Of a DNA stretch of 64,000 nucleotides, positions 18,966 through 29,217 are shown one piece after another. The position numbers and the translations under genes are program-made. This DNA comes from Armatimonadota bacterium. Lineage in GTDB: Bacteria > Armatimonadota > UBA5829 > DTLH01. The notes below the pieces were generated by a model. It was not told the DNA's origin. It did not search any database and saw only the letters and a program-made list of their open reading frames with translations. Numbering within the stretch: position 1 is the stretch's first letter; every line of letters begins with the position of its first letter. Location: assembly GCA_039679675.1 (NCBI GenBank), contig JBDKUN010000062.1:1-64000 (forward strand). The letters run 5' to 3'.

Positions 18966-20465
18966 ATGAGCCTGGCACCTGAGCAGGAAAATGATCTTAT
19001 CAAGGCACGAATGGCAAAGCTGCAGGAGATGCGCGACCAGGGTATGGACCCGTTTGAAGTCGAGCGATACGAACGCACGCACCTTGCCGAGGATATTAAA
19101 TCGAATTTCGATCAGCTGGAGGACCAGACGGTCAAAGCCGCGGGCCGTGTCACCGGTATACGTGAGATGGGAAAGGCCAGCTTTGCACATATAGAAGACC
19201 GCTCCGGGAAGATTCAGCTTTACTTCCGCCGCGACGAGCTCGGTGACGACTATCGCAGCGTCCACCTTATGGATATGGGGGACTTCATCGGTGTTGAAGG
19301 TTTTGTCTTCAAGACCAGAACAGGGGAAATTTCCATTCACGTGAAAAGCGTGATGATGCTTGCGAAGTCACTCCGCCCGCCGCCCTATGGCAAGCAGAAG
19401 GGCGATGAGCAGTGGTATGGGCTACAGGATGTAGAGCAGCGCTACCGCCAGCGCTACCTGGACCTCATCGTAAACCCTGAATCGAGAGATATATTCGAAA
19501 AGCGAAGCAAGATCATAACCGCGATCCGAAATTTCTACGACAGCAGGCATTATCTGGAAGTAGAGACCCCGGTGCTCCAGTCCGTAGCCGGCGGCGCTGC
19601 CGCAAGGCCGTTTTTGACCTATCACAACGCGCTTGAGCATCAGTTCCACCTCAGAATATCGCTGGAGCTCTATTTGAAGCGGCTCGTGGTCGGCGGGTTC
19701 GAGCGGGTCTACGAGATCGGCAGGGTTTTCAGAAACGAAGGGCTTTCCACAAGGCACAACCCGGAGTTTACACTGCTTGAGAGCTACGAAGCTTACGCGA
19801 ACCTCGAAGACATGATGAAACTCGTGGAAGATATGTTCGTCGAGATCTGCAAAAAGCTCTACGGCGGCACAAAGTTTATGTATCAGGGTCAGGAGATCGA
19901 CGTCACCCCGCCGTGGACGCGGCTCCCGATGCTCGCAGGTATCGAGAAGTACGCCGGAGTCAAGCCGGAAGAGTTTGCCACGCTGGAGAGCGCGAAGACC
20001 GCAATGGAGCGAGTGGGGCTTCCGACCGAGCATGAAGATTTGGTCGGCGGGATCATCGAGAAGATCCACGAGCGGTTCGTTCAGCCGGAACTCATCCAGC
20101 CTACGTTCATTACGGACTTCCCGTTAGAGACTTCACCGCTTGCAAAGAAGGTCCCCGGCAACCCGAACCTGACGAGAAGGTTCGAGGTCTATATCGGCGC
20201 GCAGGAGACCGGAAACGCGTTTTCCGAGATAAACGACCCGATAGACCAGAAGGATCGGTTCATTAAGCAGTCCGAAAGGCGCGCTGCGGGAGATGCTGAA
20301 GCGCACCCGATGGATGAGGACTTCATCCAGGCGCTGGAATACGGCATGCCCCCTACCGGAGGGCTCGGAATAGGTGTCGACAGGCTCGTGAGGCTCTTCA
20401 CCGACCAGGAAGCGCTCCGCGACGTCATCCTCTTCCCGCAGATGAAGCCGGAAAAAGCGGAGTGA
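18966..20465 (+). CDS. lysS: lysine--tRNA ligase class II
   Basis: GGAAARPF, FRNEG...HNPEF, YGMPPTGG. Confidence 0.97.
   Translation: MSLAPEQENDLIKARMAKLQEMRDQGMDPFEVERYERTHLAEDIKSNFDQLEDQTVKAAGRVTGIREMGKASFAHIEDRSGKIQLYFRRDELGDDYRSVHLMDMGDFIGVEGFVFKTRTGEISIHVKSVMMLAKSLRPPPYGKQKGDEQWYGLQDVEQRYRQRYLDLIVNPESRDIFEKRSKIITAIRNFYDSRHYLEVETPVLQSVAGGAAARPFLTYHNALEHQFHLRISLELYLKRLVVGGFERVYEIGRVFRNEGLSTRHNPEFTLLESYEAYANLEDMMKLVEDMFVEICKKLYGGTKFMYQGQEIDVTPPWTRLPMLAGIEKYAGVKPEEFATLESAKTAMERVGLPTEHEDLVGGIIEKIHERFVQPELIQPTFITDFPLETSPLAKKVPGNPNLTRRFEVYIGAQETGNAFSEINDPIDQKDRFIKQSERRAAGDAEAHPMDEDFIQALEYGMPPTGGLGIGVDRLVRLFTDQEALRDVILFPQMKPEKAE
20426..20465 (+). repeat. direct repeat copy 1 (lysS 3' end, attL-like)
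   Basis: 36/40 identical to 21721-21760. Confidence 0.85.
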
Positions 20466-20590
20466 AGAGTTTTCCAGGTTGTAGATGACGAATTTTGATA
20501 CAAAGAATGTGGTCGAAGTATACCAAGAAGATACTTAATTAAATACGGGGCTATACAGTAACCGTGATATGTTGGGGGAGGTAATCATCG

Positions 20591-21736
20591 TTGAATGTGG
20601 TCCTAGATAGCAATGTACTCATTTCTGATTTTAGGCTACAAGGACGTAGTATCAACGATCTTTGGGATGCATCCCAGACATTGGGATATACAGTATATAT
20701 TCCACAGGTGGTGATTGATGAGGTTGTTGGCAAATATGAAGAGTTTCTTCAAGAGAATGTAGCTCAACTTCGTAAATCTCTCGCAGCAATACGCCGATTG
20801 ACTGGAAATGATTTACTGGATGCGCCAAGCATAGCCCAGGTGTTACCTTCTCCATCTGAATATCGACATTGGCTCCTAGATGAGATACATAGCCGACTCT
20901 GGAAGGTTGTGCCATATCCTAATGTATCTCACGAAGAGTTGGTTTCTCGAATCATTAATAAGCGAAAACCATTTTACCGTGGAGAGCGTGGCTATCGTGA
21001 CGCACTAGTTTGGGCTACTGTAGTTGAGTTAGCCCAGCAGTCGAAATCCACAATTTTATTAGTCACCGCAAATGTTTCCGACTTTGGGGAATCAAGCAGT
21101 AACGGTGAGACTACACTCCATAATCAACTGTGTGAGGACTTAGCTATGCTTGGTATAGAGGCAAGTCAGGTCAAGTTGTTTACTGGTCTCGGAGTGCTTG
21201 TAGAGGCGTGTGTTACTCCTGAACTAAGTCAATTAGAAGCTGTTCAAACGAAATTGAGTTCTGGTGAGTATCCCGACCTAGACTTGGAGCGTGAGATTAG
21301 TTCATGTATATACAATGTACTGGAAGGAACTAAGCTTCTAGGTGACAAGCTAGGCCTAATGGGCGATTGGGATGACGAAGTAGTAATTACGGGTATCTAT
21401 AGCGATCCATACGATTATTGTGTTCAAGAAGTTAAACGCCTTGCGACTGGTGAATTTCTCGTATTTATTACCGTGTCCATAGAATGTGAGATAGAGCACT
21501 ACATGGACGAGGCGGATCTTCGTCATGTGCCAGAAGATGAATGGCCAGGTCGCATTCGTCGTAGTTCATTCTTTCCGTCTGTATACGTAAGCTACCTATC
21601 AAAAGAACTATGGGTAGGGCTAGAAGTTACTCTTGATAAAGGGTGCCAATGTCTACAGGCTCTGGAGCTTGAGTTTATAAGCTATAATGGCAAACAAATA
21701 CTCTGTGGAAAAGCTGCTAACATCCACTTCCTGTAG
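20591..21736 (+). CDS. PIN-domain protein (DUF4935-like)
   Basis: VVLDSNV, PQVVIDE, RKPF...GYRDALVW, TANVSDF; AT-richer than lysS. Confidence 0.8.
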   Translation: MNVVLDSNVLISDFRLQGRSINDLWDASQTLGYTVYIPQVVIDEVVGKYEEFLQENVAQLRKSLAAIRRLTGNDLLDAPSIAQVLPSPSEYRHWLLDEIHSRLWKVVPYPNVSHEELVSRIINKRKPFYRGERGYRDALVWATVVELAQQSKSTILLVTANVSDFGESSSNGETTLHNQLCEDLAMLGIEASQVKLFTGLGVLVEACVTPELSQLEAVQTKLSSGEYPDLDLEREISSCIYNVLEGTKLLGDKLGLMGDWDDEVVITGIYSDPYDYCVQEVKRLATGEFLVFITVSIECEIEHYMDEADLRHVPEDEWPGRIRRSSFFPSVYVSYLSKELWVGLEVTLDKGCQCLQALELEFISYNGKQILCGKAANIHFL

Positions 21737-21760
21737 ATGAAGCCGGAAAAGGCGGAGTGA
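21721..21760 (+). repeat. direct repeat copy 2 (duplicated lysS 3' end, attR-like)
   Basis: CATCCACTTCCTGTAGATGAAGCCGGAAAAGGCGGAGTGA. Confidence 0.85.
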
Positions 21761-21797
21761 TGGGCGCACAGCGCTCATGCCGTGCGTGAATGTCCAT

Positions 21798-22052
21798 ATG
21801 GAGGGATTGCAAGTGATAGCAAACATCTTGTGCATGCTGTTTTCGGCTATTGCAGCAGTGTTGATATTCGTTAAGCGCAGACAAGGCGATGAAGCAAGAT
21901 GGTATTTTGTATTGGGTGCCGGATTTGCATTTCTTGCATATGGATTTTTCACGCAAGATCACAACTTGTCCGGCTTAGCCGGTGCAGTCGGGGTTGCCAC
22001 AGGTATGCTGGGCCTGCTTGGTGAAGCTTATGGAGTAGTTGGTAAGAAGTGA
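21798..22052 (+). CDS. small membrane protein
   Basis: Three hydrophobic segments; the true start may be GTG 21813 after GGAGG. Confidence 0.55.
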   Translation: MEGLQVIANILCMLFSAIAAVLIFVKRRQGDEARWYFVLGAGFAFLAYGFFTQDHNLSGLAGAVGVATGMLGLLGEAYGVVGKK

Positions 22053-22110
22053 ACAGGCTGAGATGTTTCGGCGCTAGCTTTTTGTACCGAAACAAGCAAA
22101 ATGGAGTCTT

Positions 22111-22635
22111 ATGTCTACAATCAACGAGATGAAGAAAGCGCTCAACGATGTTGTCATTCCACGATTGCGTGAGCGCGGGTTCAAAGGGTCGCTTCCGCAT
22201 TTTCGTCGATTCCGCGATGATCGTGTTGATTTGCTCATGTTCCAGTTTGACAAATGGGGCGGCGGATTTGTTATTGAGGTGGGACACTGTTCACCACAGG
22301 GAATGATGACTTCCTGGGGTGGACATATTCCCGCTGAGAAGATGAAGGCATACTATCTGAATTTTAACTGTCGAGAACGGGTTCAACCACGTAAAGGCGG
22401 AAGCCCTAACGATTGGTTTCGCTATGACTCAGCAACTAGACCGGAAGAATTTGCAGAGGTGGCCCAGTCGGTAATTCCATTACTGGAACATATGGAAGAA
22501 ATATTGGACAGATTACCGATTGAGAATGAGTGCTCTGAAGAAACACAGGAAAAGATTGCGCCGCCTTTCCCCTCAGGTGAAGATGGTAAACCAGGAGTGA
22601 TAAGGCGGTTTCTAGGCTTTTTCAAGCAGAATTAA
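22111..22635 (+). CDS. DUF4304-like protein
   Basis: PRLRERGFKGSLPHFRR, FQFDKWGGGF. Confidence 0.75.
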   Translation: MSTINEMKKALNDVVIPRLRERGFKGSLPHFRRFRDDRVDLLMFQFDKWGGGFVIEVGHCSPQGMMTSWGGHIPAEKMKAYYLNFNCRERVQPRKGGSPNDWFRYDSATRPEEFAEVAQSVIPLLEHMEEILDRLPIENECSEETQEKIAPPFPSGEDGKPGVIRRFLGFFKQN

Positions 22636-22648
22636 TAACGCTGATGCA

Positions 22649-23345
22649 GATAGACCGAGGGATCATGCCTCGGTCTTTATTCTCCTGGGCATCCATGCCC
22701 TGCACATAATTATCTTGAAAGTGGAGTCTCTCACTAGGAGTCAATGGCGTTGACGAATCGATTCCGTGTACAAGAGAAGAATTTTCCTTACTTCATTACG
22801 AGTGCAGTTACCTATTGGCTTCCGGTGTTCTCAAAAGAGGATTACTTCCGCTTGCTTGCGGATGGACTTCAATATTGTGTGGAGCACAAGGGACTTTTAG
22901 TTCATGCTTATGTAATTATGCCCAACCACTTTCACATTATATCTTCCCATCAAGACGGAAAGCTGCCGTCTGTTATCACTGATTTAAAGGGATATACGTC
23001 TCGGCAAATTGCTGCAAAGCTGGAAGAAGATGGCAGGACAGTATGGCTGAGAGCTTTAAAAGCTGCAGGTAAGCAAGAGATCAAGATCAAGTTTTGGCAG
23101 GATGGCTATCACCCGGAACAAGTCTACAGCGAAGAGTTCTTTATGCAGAAAGTCAATTATATCCACAACAATCCCGTTAGAGCTGGATTTGTTAGCGATC
23201 CATGGATGTGGAAATACTCCAGTGCAGGATTTTATTATAAAGAAGAGGAGCCGGTTATTCCGATCAGTCCTCTAATGTGGTAGATTGGTTAAGGGCATGG
23301 ATGCCCTGGAGAATCAGGCTCGGGTCATGGATCCCCCGAGCCATC
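22649..23345 (+). mobile_element. RAYT element bounded by inverted two-hairpin REP-like ends
   Basis: 22649-22700 and 23293-23345 are inverted homologs flanking the transposase. Confidence 0.85.
22744..23283 (+). CDS. REP-associated tyrosine transposase (HUH/Y1)
   Basis: YFITS, YVIMPNHFH, FWQDGYH, YIHNNPVRAG, WKYSS. Confidence 0.92.
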   Translation: MALTNRFRVQEKNFPYFITSAVTYWLPVFSKEDYFRLLADGLQYCVEHKGLLVHAYVIMPNHFHIISSHQDGKLPSVITDLKGYTSRQIAAKLEEDGRTVWLRALKAAGKQEIKIKFWQDGYHPEQVYSEEFFMQKVNYIHNNPVRAGFVSDPWMWKYSSAGFYYKEEEPVIPISPLMW

Positions 23346-23509
23346 ACTGAAGGTATGCTTCAGCGCAAAATTCGACCACTGAAGCATACCAAGGCATTGA
23401 CAATAAAGTGAAGGCTGCTTAACATTCAGTTGGGCTATCGCCAGTTTTCGATCATAGCCAGATAAGGTCCGGTAGTTATATACTGTTAGGCTATTGAAGG
23501 GAGCAAGCA

Positions 23510-24025
23510 ATGACAAATGAAGTGTTATTCCTCGATCAACCTTCTGTGGGTAAAGCCGTAACTTTTATGCAGAATGGTCAGCGACTCATTAGTTCGCCAG
23601 TGATCAGAGTCGAGTTTCTTACTGAGCGCCCCGGATACGCTTGTATCGTCACTGCAACAGGCAGCACATATGTTGGCCGCTGCCCTGAAAAAACCACTGT
23701 GCTAAACACCGGAACTACAGCGATGCCTGGTTACCCTTCGCAACCTCAACCGCCCATGTATCCCCCATCACAACAATACCAACAACAATATTCACCAGTG
23801 TTACAAACACAAGGAAATTCATTCAGTATCGCAGCAATTATCCTTGGAATTATTGCTTTGGTTTTTTGCCCTCTGCTCATCGGTACCGTTGGAATCATTC
23901 TTGCCGCAGTTGCTACGTCACATGGCGAAAGGCTTGGTAAAACAGCATTAGCAATCTCAATTGCAGGTACAATTATTGGTACCATAGTCGGAGCAATAAT
24001 CGGTGCATTTTTATTTAGAAGTTAG
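23510..24025 (+). CDS. hypothetical membrane protein (DUF4190-like C-terminus)
   Basis: P/Q/Y-rich linker followed by C-terminal TM helices. Confidence 0.7.
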   Translation: MTNEVLFLDQPSVGKAVTFMQNGQRLISSPVIRVEFLTERPGYACIVTATGSTYVGRCPEKTTVLNTGTTAMPGYPSQPQPPMYPPSQQYQQQYSPVLQTQGNSFSIAAIILGIIALVFCPLLIGTVGIILAAVATSHGERLGKTALAISIAGTIIGTIVGAIIGAFLFRS

Positions 24026-24042
24026 TAATCCTCGCAACTGCT

Positions 24043-24265
24043 GATAGACCGAGGGATCCATGCCTCGGTCTGAATTCTCCCGGGCATCCATGCTCTGCAC
24101 ACTTAGATTTGTAAGCGATGGTATGCTTTGGAAATACTCCAGTGCAGGGTTTTATTATAGAGAAGAGGAAACGATTATTCCGATCAGTCCTCTGATGTGG
24201 TAGATTGGTTAAGGGCATAGATGCCCAGGAGAATAAGGCTCGGGGCATGGATCCCCCGAGCCATC
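24043..24265 (+). mobile_element. internally deleted non-autonomous copy of the RAYT element
   Basis: Left end, then the last 98 bp of the RAYT gene (24106-24203 matches 23186-23283), then the right end. Confidence 0.9.
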
Positions 24266-24323
24266 ACTAGATCCCCCAAGCCATCACGACTATAATAAAA
24301 CTATCTGAACTACACGGAGGCAT

Positions 24324-25607
24324 TTGATGCTCAGGAAAATTTATCTGCCGCTGCTCATGGCTGCGGCAATTATTTTCAGTGCTTCGGCACTCTCAGCGGC
24401 CCCGATCAGCGTGTCGGCGAAGGATTACGGCGCAAAGGGAGACGGCATAACCGATGACACTGCCGCCATCCAGAAGGCGCTGGATGCTGTAACCAAGACA
24501 CAGGGGATCGTCTACCTTCCTGCCGGAAGCTATAAGATTTCCAACTCGCTATTTGTGCCGGAAAGGGTGACTTTGATGGGCGAAGGCGAGCGCTGGGAGA
24601 ACGCGATGACGAAGCTCATCATACTTGAGCCCGGTTTCCCGGCTGTGAGACTAAGCCACTGCAGCGGCGTGAAAGCGCTCAAAATTTCTTACCCGAACAA
24701 CAGGGACAACCAGAACCCTAAGCCGTACCCGCCCGCAATACAGCTCGAAGGCATCAACCCCTGCGTAGAAAGCATAGTTTTCGACTGCGCATGGATAGGC
24801 GTTTCCACTAAGCCCGGCGGATGCAACTCAGGGCAGGGGATGTTCCGCGATCTGACCGGGTTCGTTCACCACGTAGGCATTCATCTCTCAGGCTGCAGGG
24901 ATGTAAACCGAATTCAGGACGTACACTGGTTTGTCGGCGGCAACGGCGATATTTCCACATCATACTTCGACAAGAACCGCGTGGGGTTCGAGTTCGGCGA
25001 TGTAGACGGCATTATGATGGACCGCTGTTTCATGATAAGGGGCAAGGCTTTTCTGCATCAGCTTCACGACAAAGATACCCCGGATAACAAGCCAGCGGTC
25101 GCGCACTCCCTGGCATACCATATAGATGAGTGCTGGATGGAGGACGTAAAATACGGGTTCATATTCGAAGGTCTGACGGGCTTTGTGCTGACCAACACGG
25201 ACATACTCGTTAAGAACGGTGGAACAGGGGTCATAGTTGAGCCGGACGGCCTTTTCTACAACGGCGTCATCAGTGCTGTGCAGGTCCGTTCATACGGCGG
25301 GCCCATAGTGGACATCGAATACGGCTCGAAAAAACCCCATGCGTGGACTAGACTCAGCATTGCAGACTGCCAACTCCTTGGCGGTGCGCCTGCCATACAC
25401 CTGAAGGAAGGCGCATGCAGGGCAAATATCCATGACTGCCACCTGCGTGCGGAGTCAGACCAGCCCACGATAATAATAGACCCTGGTGTAGACTACATCA
25501 ACATCTCCAACAACATCATATACACAAGGACAGAGGCCATTCAAGATCAATCAGGCAAAGAGGCGCACAAACAGATATCCGGGAACATGGTGGAGGACAA
25601 AAAGTAG
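24324..25607 (+). CDS. secreted beta-helix (pectate-lyase-fold) protein
   Basis: Signal peptide, DYGAKGDGITDDTAAIQKAL, VYLPAGSY. Confidence 0.85.
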   Translation: MMLRKIYLPLLMAAAIIFSASALSAAPISVSAKDYGAKGDGITDDTAAIQKALDAVTKTQGIVYLPAGSYKISNSLFVPERVTLMGEGERWENAMTKLIILEPGFPAVRLSHCSGVKALKISYPNNRDNQNPKPYPPAIQLEGINPCVESIVFDCAWIGVSTKPGGCNSGQGMFRDLTGFVHHVGIHLSGCRDVNRIQDVHWFVGGNGDISTSYFDKNRVGFEFGDVDGIMMDRCFMIRGKAFLHQLHDKDTPDNKPAVAHSLAYHIDECWMEDVKYGFIFEGLTGFVLTNTDILVKNGGTGVIVEPDGLFYNGVISAVQVRSYGGPIVDIEYGSKKPHAWTRLSIADCQLLGGAPAIHLKEGACRANIHDCHLRAESDQPTIIIDPGVDYINISNNIIYTRTEAIQDQSGKEAHKQISGNMVEDKK

Positions 25608-25705
25608 GCTCTTTCGGATTCTGGAAACAGGAACAAAATAGAAATCCGATACGTATTAAGATAGAAGCCAGGTTGCCATAGCATTTTCCTGAGCGGCAGG
25701 TATAT

Positions 25706-28700
25706 ATGGAGCATCGTCCTATATTTTTCGATCATACAGGCAAACGCTGGAAGCGAATCCTCCGTTTTTCGAGCTTACTTGCGCTTGTAATATCCATAGT
25801 CGGAGCGGCATTTTCATTTAGTATAATGGCCGTACCCATGTCACCCCTTCGAGTTAGCAGTGACAGCTACATTCACCGGTTCATTCCAAGATTGGAGTCC
25901 CATGAAGAAGCTGCACGGCGGTTCGTCGCGCATAAGGAAAGCCGCAAGGTAAAAGAGGAGATTGCGAGGGAGAATGACCTGCATGCCCATAAGCGCCATA
26001 CAGTGGGTGCTGGGGAAACATATTCAACCACCGTCGGTTTCTATGTAAATTGGGACCCCGGAAGCCTGGCCAGCCTGCGCAGACACATTGATAAGCTGAC
26101 CTATATTATGCCTGAATGGCTTACCCTCAACAAAGGACTTCGTGCCGGAAGTGATAAAAAGCTCTATTCATCGAGGTTCATCGAAAAGACTGATTCCGAT
26201 GTCAAGCGGCTGTCGGCCACTCACAAGGTTCCTATCATACCGATGATAGACAACTTTGACAGCGATACAAAGACCTGGGACTGGCCGAGGCTTCGAAAAC
26301 TTCTGATTGATACGGATGCGCAGCAGCAGTTGGCAGAAGACTTGAGAGATGAGCTGAAGGATCAGCACTATGCAGGGATCAATCTGGACTTTGAGTTCTC
26401 TCCGACGCCGGGAATGACCAAAAAAGAGCAGGATGATGCAAAAAATCTGCTGTATGAGAAAATGCCCAAGTTTGTACGGCTGCTGAAACAGTATTTTGCA
26501 CCTGAAAAGCTCCTTGTCACCCAGGACTTACTGGCTTCGGACTTGACGATGAACTATGAGTCCCTTGGTGATATTGATGACCTGCTGATCGTAATGTTCT
26601 ACGACCAGCATTGGGCTACAGGCGAACCCGGCCCGATAGCATCGCAGGCCTGGATAGAAAACATAGCTGAAAAGGTATTTCAGCGTGTGGATGGGCACAA
26701 AGTCATACTTGGGTTGGCAAATTACTGCTACGATTGGCCTGTAAAGTATGATAAAAACGGTAATTTGAAAGCCGCCGGACCGGCGCAGGCAATCGGGCTT
26801 GGACCGGCTCTTGCGATTGCCCGCGATGCGCAGACCAAGGTCTTGATGGATGACAAAGACCTCAACCCTCATTTCTACTATCACAGTGACAAAGACGATT
26901 CAGACCATGTAGCCTATATGCTCGATGCCATAACTGCGTATAATGCCCTCATTGCATTAAAAGGCTATGAACCCTGCGGCGCGGCGCTGTGGGTCCTTGG
27001 CCGTGAGGACCCGTCTATCTGGTCGTTTTTCTCCGATGATAGGCTTGGGCAGCCGGTCAAAAAGGAACGCCTTGAGAAGCTGAACTATGTTTCTGAGGTA
27101 AACGATGAAGGAAATGGGGACATTCTTGAGGTTGTAGAACAACCCTCTCCCGGCATACGCAAACTTCAGATCGATTCCGATGGGTTAATCCGGTCTGAAG
27201 ACTATACCGAATATCCCAGTCCATATCTCATCCGGCAAACCGGTTATCACACTAATGAAGTGGCGCTCACTTTTGACGATGGCCCGGACCCCAAGTTCAC
27301 GCCGCAGATACTCCGAATTTTACGCAAAAACGGCATAAAGGCCACTTTCTTTGTGATCGGGAGCAATGCGGAACGCTACCCGGAGCTCGTGAGAGAATGC
27401 TGGCAGTCCGGCAATGAGATCGGAAACCATACATTCTCGCATCCGCACATATCGGAAGTAGGCAAGCTGAGAGCAGAGCTTGAAGTAAACTCCACTCAGC
27501 GCATCATCGAAGCACTTACAGGGCACTCCAGCCGGTTGTTCAGGCCTCCTTTCGGGGAAGGGTCGGATTCCAACGTCGAGACCTCTCAGGATGCCGATCT
27601 CCTAGTCCGCACCCAGAATCTGGGCTATGTTACAGTCGGTATGGAGATAGATCCGAAAGACTATGAGCGGCCTAATGATAAGCTGATAGTAGATTCTGTG
27701 TGTAGAAGCCTTCCGCCGGTAAAATACCGGCGGATTGCTGCGGGCAATAACGAGGCAGACAGTGTGCTCGCAAACGGCGCAAAGGGCAGCGTGATTTTGC
27801 TCCATGACTCAGGTGGTGACAGGTCTCATACGGTAAAAGCCCTCCCGCTTATAATCAAAGACCTAAAGCAAAGAGGGTATAAATTTGTAACTGTCTCCCA
27901 GCTTATACCGGATACACCATGGAACAGAATTTTTCCGTCGGTAGCCCAGAACCAGCTCGCCATAACGGGGCTTGACCAGTGGATATTCGAGATAAGTTTC
28001 GCGGTCAGCAGGGTGCTTCAGATTATCTTCTTCATCTCGATCTTGCTTGGGGTGCTGCGTCTTGTTGTTATCACGCCGCTGGCCCTCAGCCAGTCAAGAC
28101 AATCTAAAAAGTTACCGAAAGAGCTGAAGGACTATGCGCCGCCGGTCACTGTGCTGATCCCTGCATACAACGAAGGCAAGGTCGTATGCAGGACAATCCA
28201 GGCTGTTTTGGACAGCGATTACCCGTCGAGCATACGAGTGCTTGTAATCGATGACGGCTCGACCGACGATACCGCCGAGATTGTATCGTCGAGCTACGCG
28301 AATGACGACAGAGTAACACTGATCCGCAAGGAAAACGGCGGGAAAGCCTCTGCGCTCAACCTGGGAATAGAGAAATCAGATACTGAAGTGCTTGTCTGCC
28401 TCGATGCCGACACTGTGTTTGATCGAAATGCAATAGCCCGGTTGGCCAGACATTTTGCAGACCCGCGCGTCGGCGCTGTTGCGGGCAATGTGAAAGTCGG
28501 AAATAGAAATAATCCGCTCACAACCTGGCAGAGCCTGGAATATATCACCAGCCAGAACTTCGATAGAAGGGCTTATGCTGCTTTCAATGCCGTTTCAGTG
28601 GTCCCTGGAGCGGTCGGAGCCTGGAGGCGATCCGCTGTGTTAAAAGTTGGCGGATACCATAATAATACCCTTGCGGAAGATGCCGACCTTACTTTCAGAC

Positions 28701-29212
28701 TGCAAGTCCAGGGCTGGCATATACGTACAGAAAACGATGCGCTTGCCTATACGGAAGTCCCTGATACGGTTATGACTCTCGCAAAGCAGCGTTTCAGGTG
28801 GGCATACGGCATACTGCAAAGCCTGTGGAAACATAGAAAGTCCATGTTCAAGCCATCCGGCGGCGCGTTCAGTATGTTCGTAATGCCGTCCATGTGGGTC
28901 TACAATATCTTTTTCCAGGCATTTTCCCCGATTGTAGACATAATGGTGGTCATTTCTTTGTTCAGCGGCGGTCTTTTGCAGGTGCTTTCATACTACGCGG
29001 CTTTTTTTGTGCTGGACTTCATCGGAGCCGCAATTGCGTTCCAGCTTGACCATGAAGACCCGAAGCAGTTGATTTGGTTGTTCTGGCAGAGGCTCTTCTA
29101 CAGGCAGTTTATGTACTACATAATCATCTGCTCCATAATAGCTGCCCTGCGTGGCGCGGCTGTGGGATGGGGGAAGCTCCAGCGTAAAGCAACTGCTACC
29201 CTGCCGGAATGA
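25706..29212 (+). CDS. GH18-like + NodB polysaccharide deacetylase + GT2 synthase fusion
   Basis: GINLDFE/MFYDQH; TFDDGP, HTFSH, RPPF, ILLHD; DDGSTD, DAD, AED, QRFRW. Confidence 0.92.
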   Translation: MEHRPIFFDHTGKRWKRILRFSSLLALVISIVGAAFSFSIMAVPMSPLRVSSDSYIHRFIPRLESHEEAARRFVAHKESRKVKEEIARENDLHAHKRHTVGAGETYSTTVGFYVNWDPGSLASLRRHIDKLTYIMPEWLTLNKGLRAGSDKKLYSSRFIEKTDSDVKRLSATHKVPIIPMIDNFDSDTKTWDWPRLRKLLIDTDAQQQLAEDLRDELKDQHYAGINLDFEFSPTPGMTKKEQDDAKNLLYEKMPKFVRLLKQYFAPEKLLVTQDLLASDLTMNYESLGDIDDLLIVMFYDQHWATGEPGPIASQAWIENIAEKVFQRVDGHKVILGLANYCYDWPVKYDKNGNLKAAGPAQAIGLGPALAIARDAQTKVLMDDKDLNPHFYYHSDKDDSDHVAYMLDAITAYNALIALKGYEPCGAALWVLGREDPSIWSFFSDDRLGQPVKKERLEKLNYVSEVNDEGNGDILEVVEQPSPGIRKLQIDSDGLIRSEDYTEYPSPYLIRQTGYHTNEVALTFDDGPDPKFTPQILRILRKNGIKATFFVIGSNAERYPELVRECWQSGNEIGNHTFSHPHISEVGKLRAELEVNSTQRIIEALTGHSSRLFRPPFGEGSDSNVETSQDADLLVRTQNLGYVTVGMEIDPKDYERPNDKLIVDSVCRSLPPVKYRRIAAGNNEADSVLANGAKGSVILLHDSGGDRSHTVKALPLIIKDLKQRGYKFVTVSQLIPDTPWNRIFPSVAQNQLAITGLDQWIFEISFAVSRVLQIIFFISILLGVLRLVVITPLALSQSRQSKKLPKELKDYAPPVTVLIPAYNEGKVVCRTIQAVLDSDYPSSIRVLVIDDGSTDDTAEIVSSSYANDDRVTLIRKENGGKASALNLGIEKSDTEVLVCLDADTVFDRNAIARLARHFADPRVGAVAGNVKVGNRNNPLTTWQSLEYITSQNFDRRAYAAFNAVSVVPGAVGAWRRSAVLKVGGYHNNTLAEDADLTFRLQVQGWHIRTENDALAYTEVPDTVMTLAKQRFRWAYGILQSLWKHRKSMFKPSGGAFSMFVMPSMWVYNIFFQAFSPIVDIMVVISLFSGGLLQVLSYYAAFFVLDFIGAAIAFQLDHEDPKQLIWLFWQRLFYRQFMYYIIICSIIAALRGAAVGWGKLQRKATATLPE

Positions 29213-29217
29213 ATGAT

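Noticed and set aside
24015..24248. 77-aa ORF sharing LFSWASMP with the 51874-52596 ORF
   Set aside because: The similarity arises from translating the REP-like repeat; these are not real genes.
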